A DNA stretch of 20,000 nucleotides from an uncultured virus (IMG/VR IMGVR_UViG_3300020171_002032) (taxonomy: Duplodnaviria; Heunggongvirae; Uroviricota; Caudoviricetes), in IMG/VR virus record IMGVR_UViG_3300020171_002032; one strand, 5' to 3'. Under the pieces are notes generated by a model that was given only the letters and a program-made list of their open reading frames with translations, did no database searches and was not told the origin of the DNA. The translations under genes were made by a program, and so were the position numbers. Positions 1-8,474 of this stretch are shown in pieces. Position 1 is the stretch's first letter; each line of letters opens with the position of its first letter.

Positions 1-176
1 GATGAAGAGATCTTCTCAAAGATAGACATGGCTACCGAAATGCCTTCAGGTGCTCTGTTATGTGCTAACATTTCCTTGAAACTAAAAGTTTCAATATCTT
101 GTAGACTAACTGGAACGTTATGAATGCTAACTTGAAGGTTATCTCTGAAATATTCCTGAAGCACATCCATACACAT
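1..176 (-). CDS. Hypothetical protein, N-terminal part only (runs off the window); continuation of the minus-strand glycan operon
   Basis: ATG at 176-174 directly follows the TGA (179-177) of the upstream gene. The frame MCMDVLQEYFRDNLQVSIHNVPVSLQDIETFSFKEMLAHNRAPEGISVAMSIFEKISS is open to position 1. Not in the ORF track. Confidence 0.7.
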   Translation of the reverse strand, partial: MCMDVLQEYFRDNLQVSIHNVPVSLQDIETFSFKEMLAHNRAPEGISVAMSIFEKISS

Positions 177-1010
177 TCACTCTCGCTCTTTCTTTTTAAC
201 AATCCAAAAGGCGCGGTAGTCAGGTGAGTTCGGGTATCCTTCAAACTTAACTTGCTCAGTTGCCACAGAATCAAATCTTGGAAGACTGTTGAGAACATCT
301 AGAATCGCGGTCTTTGTGTAGTAGCTCCAGTAAAAAGCGTGCCTGTAGCCTACTTCTGGTTTGATTTCGCTTATCTTATACGTACACTCTTTCAGTATGT
401 CAGTTCCTCTTCCGAAGAACCCTATCATCAAGACTTTTTTGGTGACTCTCCACATTTCCTCTAAAACTTTCTTGTAAGCATCTGGTGGTAAATGTATCAA
501 CATGTCCTTCTCATAGACGCTTGCGAATGACTCGTTTTGGAAGGGCAGTTTCTTTCCATCTCCCTGAACTATTGGCACATCTGGTGTGTGTTTGAGTGCT
601 CCTGCCAACAGTTTATAGGTCAAGTCTACGCCAACATATCGTAATCCAGCTTCTCGGTATAGTGGATAGTCGATGCATGTTGCACATCCCACGTCGAGAA
701 CAGAGTTGCCATTAGTTTTTGCTTCATCCCGAATTCTAACTCGAATCGGCTGTTCATGCGGGTCAATGCCTCTCATAAACATGTGGTCAACGAGAGGAGC
801 GTCTGACAGTTCCCACCACTTCTCAAGAACTGATTGTTCAGGATTATCGTACAGTATAGGTATTGACTGGCGAATCCAATAGGTCTTATTACAAGTTTGG
901 CAAGTCAGCGTTCCTTCCTCTATAATACCATTGTCTTCCTTAGAAACGTTCAATGTCAAGGAATGATGATCGTCTGGACAAGCCAGAACATCCATAAGCT
1001 GCCGATTCAT
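177..1010 (-). CDS. Trm112-like domain fused to a class I SAM-dependent methyltransferase (Methyltransf_11-like)
   Basis: N-terminus LMDVLACPDD..L.L......IEEGTLTCQTCNKTYWIRQSIPIL matches the Trm112 pattern. It is followed by motif I VLDVGCATC, YVGVDL, VQGDGKKLPF..ESF, and 'VLEEMWRV'. Confidence 0.88.
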   Translation of the reverse strand: MNRQLMDVLACPDDHHSLTLNVSKEDNGIIEEGTLTCQTCNKTYWIRQSIPILYDNPEQSVLEKWWELSDAPLVDHMFMRGIDPHEQPIRVRIRDEAKTNGNSVLDVGCATCIDYPLYREAGLRYVGVDLTYKLLAGALKHTPDVPIVQGDGKKLPFQNESFASVYEKDMLIHLPPDAYKKVLEEMWRVTKKVLMIGFFGRGTDILKECTYKISEIKPEVGYRHAFYWSYYTKTAILDVLNSLPRFDSVATEQVKFEGYPNSPDYRAFWIVKKKERE

Positions 1011-1014
1011 CAGA

Positions 1015-2256
1015 TCACGGAGGAGAAATATCTGAGAGCAGATTTATTAGTTCATCCCTAGCCTGTTCAATATCGGTTTTCGTCATTTGACACGTTTCAA
1101 CAACGACGTTGCCCTTGTGACACTTGCCGACCATACTGTATTGGGTTAGGTCTCTGGTTAAGATTTTAAGTCCATATTTTTCTGGAAAAGCCCATGCATC
1201 ACAGCCTGGATAAGGGGTAAATACGCTTACGTTCCAGAAGTCAGGGGGGCACTCTTTCAACAGTTTTTTGGTGTCTTCAACACTCTGCCATGTTTCTCCT
1301 GGGCTTCCGACAATTATTCCAACTTTCAATTGAATGCCTGAAGCTTTAGTCAGTTTCATAGCCTTCAAATTCTGTTTCACAGTCGATCCTTTACGTAGCC
1401 TATTCAAAACTTCTTGATTTCCACTTTCGACTCCCAGAATTAATTCCTTACATCCTGAGTCTCGCATGAGAGCCAAAACTTCACTGTCGATGGTGTCTAC
1501 ACGCGAAAGACATCGCCACACAATGTCCAATTTGGCAAACTCCCGACACAAAGACATGACTCGCGTTCTGTCAACACAAAAAGTATCGTCATGCCAATTG
1601 AAACCTCTATAACCCATGGTGGATATGACTTGCCTGATTTCTGCAACAATGTTTTCTACACTACGAAAGCGAACTTGCCTTAAAAAAACAACATGGGAAC
1701 CGCAGAAACAACAATTAAACTTGCAACCGCGACTGGAGATGATGCTGACTGCGGGAGCTAACAACTTCTTTCCCCAGTAGATGCCTCGCTTATATTTTGT
1801 CCAATCGATCAAATGGCGAGCTGGAAAAGGAACAGAATCCATATCGCTGACAGGTTCTCCGCGAAACACTAAGCGAGAACCGATGTGTGACTGTGGATTT
1901 GAAAGTATGCGAGTTAACGCTTTTTCTCCCTCACCTAACACAGCCAAGTCGAATTTAGAACTGTCAAAGTCTTCGGGAACTGCTGAAATATGTGGGCCTC
2001 CGAGAATTTTGAGTTTATCTGGATACTCTTTGAAGAGTCTATGACTCAGTTTAACAGTGGTGGGCCATTGAGGACTTGTTGATGTGACTGCATAAACATC
2101 TGCGTCTGGAAGTTTGTCTTCAAGAGTGTTCATGTCAACGATGCTTGCTTGCCACATGTTTTCTTCTGCAATGGCCGCTAGATACATTAGTGAGAAGGGG
2201 GGATCTAACTGTTCCATGAATGCTTGATAGGGTGGCGAGATAAAGCATATTTTCAT
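1015..2256 (-). CDS. Cobalamin-binding radical SAM protein (class B methyltransferase-like)
   Basis: N-terminal B12-binding region (PPFSLMYLAA, ILGGPHIS, VLGEGE), SSRGCKFNCCFC (CxxxCxxC), RFRSVENIVAEI, HDDTF, GVESG, IVGSPGET, FTPYPG. Confidence 0.93.
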   Translation of the reverse strand: MKICFISPPYQAFMEQLDPPFSLMYLAAIAEENMWQASIVDMNTLEDKLPDADVYAVTSTSPQWPTTVKLSHRLFKEYPDKLKILGGPHISAVPEDFDSSKFDLAVLGEGEKALTRILSNPQSHIGSRLVFRGEPVSDMDSVPFPARHLIDWTKYKRGIYWGKKLLAPAVSIISSRGCKFNCCFCGSHVVFLRQVRFRSVENIVAEIRQVISTMGYRGFNWHDDTFCVDRTRVMSLCREFAKLDIVWRCLSRVDTIDSEVLALMRDSGCKELILGVESGNQEVLNRLRKGSTVKQNLKAMKLTKASGIQLKVGIIVGSPGETWQSVEDTKKLLKECPPDFWNVSVFTPYPGCDAWAFPEKYGLKILTRDLTQYSMVGKCHKGNVVVETCQMTKTDIEQARDELINLLSDISPP

Positions 2257-3110
2257 TTCAGATCATCAATCAACTGTTTTAATCCTTCGAAGAGATGAGT
2301 TTTAGCTTGAAATCCATATACGGCTGCTTTGCTTACATTCAGCTCATTCCGTTTTGGATCTCCTTTCAGGGTTGAAACAACATGCTCAACCTTTACTGGT
2401 TTGTTTAGAAGCTGTTGGATCAATATGATTAACTCGTTTATCGATGTTGAAATACCAGTTCCAATGTCATATGTTCCGCTTGGAAACTTTCCTTCAACTG
2501 CTAGAACGACTGCTTCTGCAACATCGCTTACATATGTGAAATCTCTTGTCTGTTCGCCATCACCATTTACTTGGATAGTTTCACCTTTCAAGGCTTTGTC
2601 TAAGATGAGGTTTATGCTGGTTTTCTTTCTTCCCTTGCCGTAGATGCTTGAGAATCGAAAGATGACGGTTTGAAGTCCGTACAGATCATGAAAGAGCTTG
2701 AGGTAGCGTTCTGCACATAATTTGGAGACTCCATAGGGACTTATTGGTTCTGGATATTGATAGTTATTTCCATAGACTGCACCACTGCTACTGAAAAGGA
2801 CGTTGCAACCGTTTTTGCGGGCTACTTCAAGAACGTTTAGAGTTCCGATAATGTTTATCAAAGCATCTTCTTGCGGATTCTGCAATGATGGAGTCAAAAA
2901 TACTTGAGCGGCAAAATGAACGATCCATTGTGGCTTAATTTGCTGTACCTTTTCATTCAACGCTTCTACATCAAGTATATCATACCCTTCAACCAAATCA
3001 TAAGAAAAAGCTGTGTAACCACGTTTTTGCAGTGTTTCAATAACACATTTGCCTATAAAACCTGAACCGCCAGTACATAGGACGCTTATTTTTGACGCTT
3101 CTGAAATTAT
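2253..3110 (-). CDS. NAD-dependent epimerase/dehydratase (extended SDR); probable non-canonical ATA/ATT start
   Basis: The ORF-track call (to 2996) lacks the Rossmann motif, but the frame extends upstream through ISVLCTGGSGFIGK to ATA(3110-3108)/ATT(3107-3105), behind GGAGG at 3120-3116. Catalytic SSGAVYG and YGVSK, plus GDGEQTRDFTYVSD. Confidence 0.88.
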   Translation of the reverse strand: MISEASKISVLCTGGSGFIGKCVIETLQKRGYTAFSYDLVEGYDILDVEALNEKVQQIKPQWIVHFAAQVFLTPSLQNPQEDALINIIGTLNVLEVARKNGCNVLFSSSGAVYGNNYQYPEPISPYGVSKLCAERYLKLFHDLYGLQTVIFRFSSIYGKGRKKTSINLILDKALKGETIQVNGDGEQTRDFTYVSDVAEAVVLAVEGKFPSGTYDIGTGISTSINELIILIQQLLNKPVKVEHVVSTLKGDPKRNELNVSKAAVYGFQAKTHLFEGLKQLIDDLK

Positions 3111-4072
3111 AGTCCCCTCCTTACCTGATTGTACCAGTTCACATAACGGGTCAAACCTTCTTTGAATGGAACCTTGGGACGGTAGCCGTAGCTTTTAGCA
3201 AGGGTAATATCTGCAAGCAATCTTTTTATGTCATTGAATCTAGGTGGACCAAAGACAGGTTCGTGATGGTTGCCCCAAATCTCGTTCATAAGGTCAACAA
3301 GATCTAAAACGGAGTAATCCTCTCCATATCCTAGATTCACTATTTCACAGTTACTTAGTTTCGAAAGAAGTATCAGACCATCAACGGTGTCGCTTACATA
3401 TGTGAAGTCTCTGCTGTGGTGTCCATCACCAAAAATCACTGGCGGTTGATTCTTTTCAAATCGCTTAATAAATGCGGTGATGACACCAGCGTAGGCATTG
3501 AATCCTTTCATCAGCCTTTCCATATTCAAATCTTCACGTTGCAATGGCCCGAATGTATTGAAGGGTCTAATGATTACTGCTGGGACGTTGTAGGTTTCGT
3601 GGAAGAATTTGACGTAGCTTTCGCCGATTACTTTGGTTAGGGCGTAAAGGCTGTTAGGTCTTAACGGCGCAGTTTCCTTTATTGGAAAAACGTCTTGATC
3701 GCCGTACTCCTCGCTCGTACCTACAAAAATTATCTTGTTGTTGCATTCTTTGGCGGCTAGGCACACGTTGAATGTTCCTACATCGTTTGCTTGGTGTAGT
3801 TTTGCTGGGTCATCCATGCCGAGTACTAAGCATTGTGTTGCGAGATGGAATATGACATCGGCATGAGAGGCTAACTTTTTCACTGCGTCATAATGGGCGA
3901 TAGTGTCTATTACAATGTTCACTTTGTCTTGGACGTTTCCTAAATTCTTAGGGTCAGCAGCGCCAGATGACAAGTCATCTATAACGCTTACTTCATGTCC
4001 GTCTTCTACAAGTTTTCGAACTAGATGGCTTCCTATGAAACCAATTCCGCCTGTAACTACATATTTTGTCAT
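3107..4072 (-). CDS. NAD-dependent epimerase/dehydratase (NDP-sugar 4-epimerase/4,6-dehydratase family)
   Basis: VTGGIGFIGSHL, TSEEYG, YALTK (YxxxK), RPFNTFGP, GDGHHSRDFTYVSD. ATGA overlap with the upstream gene. Confidence 0.94.
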   Translation of the reverse strand: MTKYVVTGGIGFIGSHLVRKLVEDGHEVSVIDDLSSGAADPKNLGNVQDKVNIVIDTIAHYDAVKKLASHADVIFHLATQCLVLGMDDPAKLHQANDVGTFNVCLAAKECNNKIIFVGTSEEYGDQDVFPIKETAPLRPNSLYALTKVIGESYVKFFHETYNVPAVIIRPFNTFGPLQREDLNMERLMKGFNAYAGVITAFIKRFEKNQPPVIFGDGHHSRDFTYVSDTVDGLILLSKLSNCEIVNLGYGEDYSVLDLVDLMNEIWGNHHEPVFGPPRFNDIKRLLADITLAKSYGYRPKVPFKEGLTRYVNWYNQVRRGL

Positions 4073-5223
4073 ATAAACGTTCCTTCTTGGTATTTTGAGT
4101 TTCCATCTAATCTCTTATTTCTTTCTTCTTCTAGATTGCGTATGGTTTGATGAGTTTTCCAGTAATCGAAATGTTCTTTACTGCTATCGTGTCCAGTATA
4201 GCCTGCTTTATGTTCAAACGGATATTGCCAAGGATGTTCCTTTTTACACAGTTCTCTTATTGGACATCGTTGAGCGCACCAAATTTCTTTTATCCACTTT
4301 ATGTCTGCGTCCGTAAGGATTTTAGTGTTTGCTCTATACTGATTAAAGAATCTCGCATACCATATGAGTGGATAATTACATTTGATCGTTATTCCCTGTT
4401 TCTTCTGTTTTGAATTCCAATAGCTTACATCTGTCGGTATGCGAGCTAAAAATACGTCCCTAAAGAGTGCAAGTCTTGATCCATGACCAGCTAGATCTAA
4501 TCGTGCTCCTACGTCACAATCCAGTAACATGCGGTCTCCATCAAAATTCTGGTTAAAACCATTTATCTTCAGCATTGCTTCTAGACTGACTGAGGAGCAT
4601 CCGAACCACCAGAGCCATGGCATAGGAAAGATTTCTTGTTTTGGGTCTTTGAAGGCTGTGGTGTAGCGGTGTTCGATTGAAACTTTCTTGCCAGTGTATC
4701 CTGAAAGATTGTAGGGTATTGGCGTGGTGTTCTGTTCTGGGTAGGCAACTTTGTATTTTTCTTGTGCAGACTGCACATCAAGTCTTCCGCTTGTGTATTG
4801 GACTTCTGAAAACGAGTGATCATACATGTACCATGCTGACGGGAAGTAGCCTTGTTGGTAACGATTCCATAATCGTTCCATGAATTCAGGAACAACCATG
4901 TGACTGTCACCTGTGAAAAACAATAGTTCGCCATCAGCGTAAACTATGCCTTTGTTGTATTGAGTTGCAATGCCTGGGAAACCCTTCTCAATCCAATGGT
5001 TGGGTTTAGCTGGAATATGCTTCACTTTAAAGGGCAAAGTCATGTTCTTGAAATAGTCTTTACGTTGATCATAAAGCACATCAACGATTATCCATTCGCC
5101 CCAATCTTGCAATGTTTGATTCTTGAAACTTTCCAACGTAGGCTCAAAAACGTGAAGATCAGGTCTATTCAAGAAAGGAAAATTCTCCCGCGCAGTAACC
5201 ATGACAAAACTGACTTTCACCAT
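4069..5223 (-). CDS. GT-A fold (GT2-like) glycosyltransferase
   Basis: KVSFVMVT, EWIIVD, NKGIVYADGELLFFTGDS (degenerate DxD position), INGFNQNFDG..DCDVGARL. Cys/His-containing C-terminal extension. Confidence 0.78.
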   Translation of the reverse strand: MVKVSFVMVTARENFPFLNRPDLHVFEPTLESFKNQTLQDWGEWIIVDVLYDQRKDYFKNMTLPFKVKHIPAKPNHWIEKGFPGIATQYNKGIVYADGELLFFTGDSHMVVPEFMERLWNRYQQGYFPSAWYMYDHSFSEVQYTSGRLDVQSAQEKYKVAYPEQNTTPIPYNLSGYTGKKVSIEHRYTTAFKDPKQEIFPMPWLWWFGCSSVSLEAMLKINGFNQNFDGDRMLLDCDVGARLDLAGHGSRLALFRDVFLARIPTDVSYWNSKQKKQGITIKCNYPLIWYARFFNQYRANTKILTDADIKWIKEIWCAQRCPIRELCKKEHPWQYPFEHKAGYTGHDSSKEHFDYWKTHQTIRNLEEERNKRLDGNSKYQEGTFI

Positions 5224-5230
5224 TTCTGAG

Positions 5231-5983
5231 TTAGTCCAACCTTTGATAGATAATTATTGAATTCAGGAGCCAATTTCTGATTATTGAAGGGTCTACCAAG
5301 CTTATGAACCAGTTCACCATGTCCTTTCGAGGCATCCAATCTTCATGTTCAAGCTTGTCATACCACCACTGCTCCTTTTTGAGGCTGACATGACCAGCAG
5401 CCGCACACCCTTCCAACTGGATAGGAACGGGTTCACCTTTCTTGAGAATATATCCTTCTTCGTCTCTTCCTTGTAGGCCGCCAGATCCCGCAATGGCCGT
5501 TTGGAGGAAAATCCATTTTTTAGAAACCCGATGGAATTCGGATATTGCAAAGGGGATGTCATCCAAATATAAATGTTCGAGGAGATCCAACCCTGTTACT
5601 AGGTCGAAGCTTTTATCAGCATATAGCCATGGCTTGGTAGCGTCATGGACTTTTAGCCATTCGGGTTTGCATTTTGGGTATCTTCCTTCGTTTACGGCCC
5701 ATTCTGAGAAGTCGAAGCCGCATGCTTCTATACCAGCTTGTCTTGCATAAGCCGTAAGGGTTCCCCTACCACATCCAACATCTAGCATTGTATGACACTG
5801 AAAAATCTTTTTCCAAGCTTCGACAATCGCACCACATCCAGAACTCTCTCCATCAGGATTAAAATATCCCCAATGATCAATTTCGCCGTTTGCTCTTAAA
5901 AACGATTTACCTTGCGGATTCTTGAAATAGAATTCATCGTAGTAATCTGCGGTGAAAACCCTCGGAATGTCACTTTTACTCAT
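5231..5983 (-). CDS. Class I SAM-dependent methyltransferase
   Basis: MLDVGCGRG, GFDFSEWA, HDATKP, FDLVTGLDLLEHL, EFHRVS. Start reassigned to ATG 5983-5981 (TAATG overlap with the upstream stop, GGAG RBS) instead of 6121. Confidence 0.88.
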   Translation of the reverse strand: MSKSDIPRVFTADYYDEFYFKNPQGKSFLRANGEIDHWGYFNPDGESSGCGAIVEAWKKIFQCHTMLDVGCGRGTLTAYARQAGIEACGFDFSEWAVNEGRYPKCKPEWLKVHDATKPWLYADKSFDLVTGLDLLEHLYLDDIPFAISEFHRVSKKWIFLQTAIAGSGGLQGRDEEGYILKKGEPVPIQLEGCAAAGHVSLKKEQWWYDKLEHEDWMPRKDMVNWFISLVDPSIIRNWLLNSIIIYQRLD

Positions 5984-6933
5984 TAATTCGACATCTCCAT
6001 AGTTTCGAGGAATATTTCTTTGTTTTCTTTTTCCATGTTTTTCAATTTCTCGCTCCCATACTTTTGATGCATGTCCTGAAATGCTTTTACCTTTGGATAG
6101 TTGATTAAAGCTGTTGGACATACTTTGAACGGAATATTATATGATGCTGCCCAGACTAGGGCGTGATATCTTCCGCCTGAGATGACTTTTTTGCTTTGAG
6201 AGATTGCATATTTGACTTTTCTTGGGCTGAATCCATCTGTCTCTAGGATTTGGCTGTGTTTGATTTTGCAGTTTAATTCTCTGCAAAGGGCAAGATCCAC
6301 TGGAACGCCTTCCCTATTGTAGGGTGCGAAGGGTATCAGTAGCACTTCGTCTCCATCACTTAGTTGCGATGTGATCCATTTTAACTGTGGATCGTTGCTT
6401 CCAAAGTCCTCATATCTTGGACAGACTGCTACCATGTTTTTTTGGCAATCATATTTTTCTTCTTTGAGGTTTATGCTTGGACACATGGTTAACGTTGACT
6501 TTACCCCGATTTCCTCTGCTATTTTCTGGCTGTGTTCATCTCGAACCGTTATGGCGTTGAACTGACTTAGAAATTCCCTGTAGAGGTTCTTCATTTTTGG
6601 ATGAAATATCTGGTGAGTGTCATAGCCTACACCGTAATTCATGGAAGGCTTGTTCGCAGCGAAAGCTGTGAGTGCCTGTCGCCAGCCGAATCCCCAGCTT
6701 AATGCTCCTCCGCCTAAGAGAAAAACATCGTAATCGTCTCTAAAGTCGTATACGTGTCGAACTTCCTGTAGTGTAGGCATTCTTCTTCTGTATTCTTCTG
6801 CAAACAGCCAAGGCAAATTTGTGCAGACAATATACTCGTTGTCTTTGCCTAAACTATCCATAATGGATAACAGGATTCCTTCGTCGCCGCTTGAACCCCA
6901 TCCCAGAAAGGCTGTGATGCAGATGCGAGCCAC
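5983..6933 (-). CDS. Polysaccharide pyruvyl transferase family protein (CsaB/WcaK-like)
   Basis: GWGSSGDEGIL (cf. GxxNxGDxAI), FLLGGG, YGVG, ITVRDEHS, ISGGRYHALVWA..NIP are characteristic PS_pyruv_trans motifs. GTG start. Confidence 0.88.
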   Translation of the reverse strand: MARICITAFLGWGSSGDEGILLSIMDSLGKDNEYIVCTNLPWLFAEEYRRRMPTLQEVRHVYDFRDDYDVFLLGGGALSWGFGWRQALTAFAANKPSMNYGVGYDTHQIFHPKMKNLYREFLSQFNAITVRDEHSQKIAEEIGVKSTLTMCPSINLKEEKYDCQKNMVAVCPRYEDFGSNDPQLKWITSQLSDGDEVLLIPFAPYNREGVPVDLALCRELNCKIKHSQILETDGFSPRKVKYAISQSKKVISGGRYHALVWAASYNIPFKVCPTALINYPKVKAFQDMHQKYGSEKLKNMEKENKEIFLETMEMSN

Positions 6934-7005
6934 ATTTTTTCCTTCTTTTTTAGTAACGATAGTTTTATATCTTCACGTTGATTAATATGTCTTGCTGTTC
7001 AACAA
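6934..7005. promoter_or_regulatory. Divergent promoter region of the glycan cluster
   Basis: 72-bp AT-rich gap between divergent operons, with TTTTATAT (6963-6970) and TTAATA (~6982-6987, ~24 nt before the ATG at 7006, compatible with a leaderless mRNA). Confidence 0.55.
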
Positions 7006-7245
7006 ATGTCCACGAAATTACCGAGAGAAATATTGGAGAAAGCAGTCAACTTGAGAAATTCTGTTCGCAAAATATACATTGCCCTCTACATCAATAACAA
7101 ACCATCAACATCACAAGAAATAGCACAGCTAGTCGGTCAAGCGCGAGCACATGTGAACATGAGACTCCAACAACTTGTCGATATGAATCTAGTGACAGTG
7201 GAACGTAAGGGAAGAACCAAATACTTCGAGGTTAAAAAACCATGA
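7006..7245 (+). CDS. Winged helix-turn-helix transcriptional regulator (ArsR/TrmB-like)
   Basis: 79 aa: KIYIALY....STSQEIAQLVGQARAHVNMRLQQLVDMNLVTVERKGRTKYFEV is a typical wHTH with beta-wing. ATGA overlap with the following GT4. Confidence 0.88.
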   Translation: MSTKLPREILEKAVNLRNSVRKIYIALYINNKPSTSQEIAQLVGQARAHVNMRLQQLVDMNLVTVERKGRTKYFEVKKP

Positions 7246-8474
7246 GAATCCTTGAGATTGGAGATAAAATAACCAGCGGAACTTCAGCTTACTCTAAGCT
7301 AGGCGAAGAAATTTGTACCCGCTTAGTTGCAATGGGGCATCAAGTTGCTCACACTCCAATTGGCAGAGCTAACAAAATGGGAAAGCAAGCATACCGTGGA
7401 GTATTGATCTATCCAAGCGGAGACGACTATTTTGCAGAGGATGTTGCTCTAGCAAACTACACTGATTTCAAAGCGGATCTGCTTATCGCCATAAAGGACA
7501 CTTGGATCTGGAACCATGTGCATCGCCTAGGAATCAACTTCTGCCCGTTTGCAGTGGTCGATCATACTCCAGTGAGCCAATCAATAATTTTTCGCCTAGA
7601 AACCGCGTTCAAAACAATTGCCATATCAAGATTTGGTCAAATCGAGCTTAACCGAAAGAAAATAAACTCAGTGTATATTCCGCATGGCGTAAGATGCGAT
7701 CTGTATAAGCCACTCACGCCAGAACAGAAAGTTGAAGCACGAAGACTGTTCGGGCTACCTCAAGACGCATTCGTAGTCGGAATCGTTGCGATGAATCGCG
7801 CTAGAAAGCTTATTCCACGAATGTTACGCGGATTCAAACGTTTTAGAGATCTGAACCCTGATGTAAACGCTCACATGATGCTATGGACAAATATTCAGCC
7901 GAGAAGACCTGCTGAAGATGTTACGTTAGGAGTTTCAGATGTGGGAGTAAACCTCATCCCAGAAATTCTTGCATTAGACCTAAACGAAGTCGTACATTGG
8001 CCAAACTGGGAAGACATAGAAAAAATAGGCGGATTACCTGAATACAATCCAAGCGGAACATGGGACATGACGAAACTTTACGGCACTTTTGACGTTAACT
8101 TTCTCTGTAGTGGCGGTGAAGCGGTTGGCCTCCCGTACCTTGAAGCGGCGAGCTGCGCCGTCCCCTCAATCGGCACAAATTATGCAGGGGCACCTGAACA
8201 TATTGGCCCTGGCTTGACTGTTTCATGGCATGACTACACAATATTCAACACTCCAGGAGTACGTTACGTGTTGCCTGACATTGACGGCATGGCTGAAGCT
8301 CTCAAGAAAATATATGACATGGATAGGGAGAAGCTTGGCAGAAAATGTCGAAAGTTCGCTGAAACCTACGATTGGAATGTTGTCATGTCCGACTTTTGGG
8401 TTCCGTTTCTTAGACAATGTAGCGATGAGCTGTATCCTCTTATCACAAAACAGGGGGCAAAGTCATGGGCTTGA
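7242..8474 (+). CDS. GT4 family glycosyltransferase
   Basis: AISRFG, YIPHGV, FVVGIVAMNRARK, SGGEAVGLPYLEAASCAVPSIGT (EX7E motif), YDW near the C-terminus. Confidence 0.92.
   Translation: MRILEIGDKITSGTSAYSKLGEEICTRLVAMGHQVAHTPIGRANKMGKQAYRGVLIYPSGDDYFAEDVALANYTDFKADLLIAIKDTWIWNHVHRLGINFCPFAVVDHTPVSQSIIFRLETAFKTIAISRFGQIELNRKKINSVYIPHGVRCDLYKPLTPEQKVEARRLFGLPQDAFVVGIVAMNRARKLIPRMLRGFKRFRDLNPDVNAHMMLWTNIQPRRPAEDVTLGVSDVGVNLIPEILALDLNEVVHWPNWEDIEKIGGLPEYNPSGTWDMTKLYGTFDVNFLCSGGEAVGLPYLEAASCAVPSIGTNYAGAPEHIGPGLTVSWHDYTIFNTPGVRYVLPDIDGMAEALKKIYDMDREKLGRKCRKFAETYDWNVVMSDFWVPFLRQCSDELYPLITKQGAKSWA

Noticed and set aside
5984..6121. N-terminal extension of the methyltransferase in the ORF track
   Set aside because: It overlaps the pyruvyl-transferase gene by 139 nt. 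A TAATG-coupled ATG with an RBS exists at 5983.
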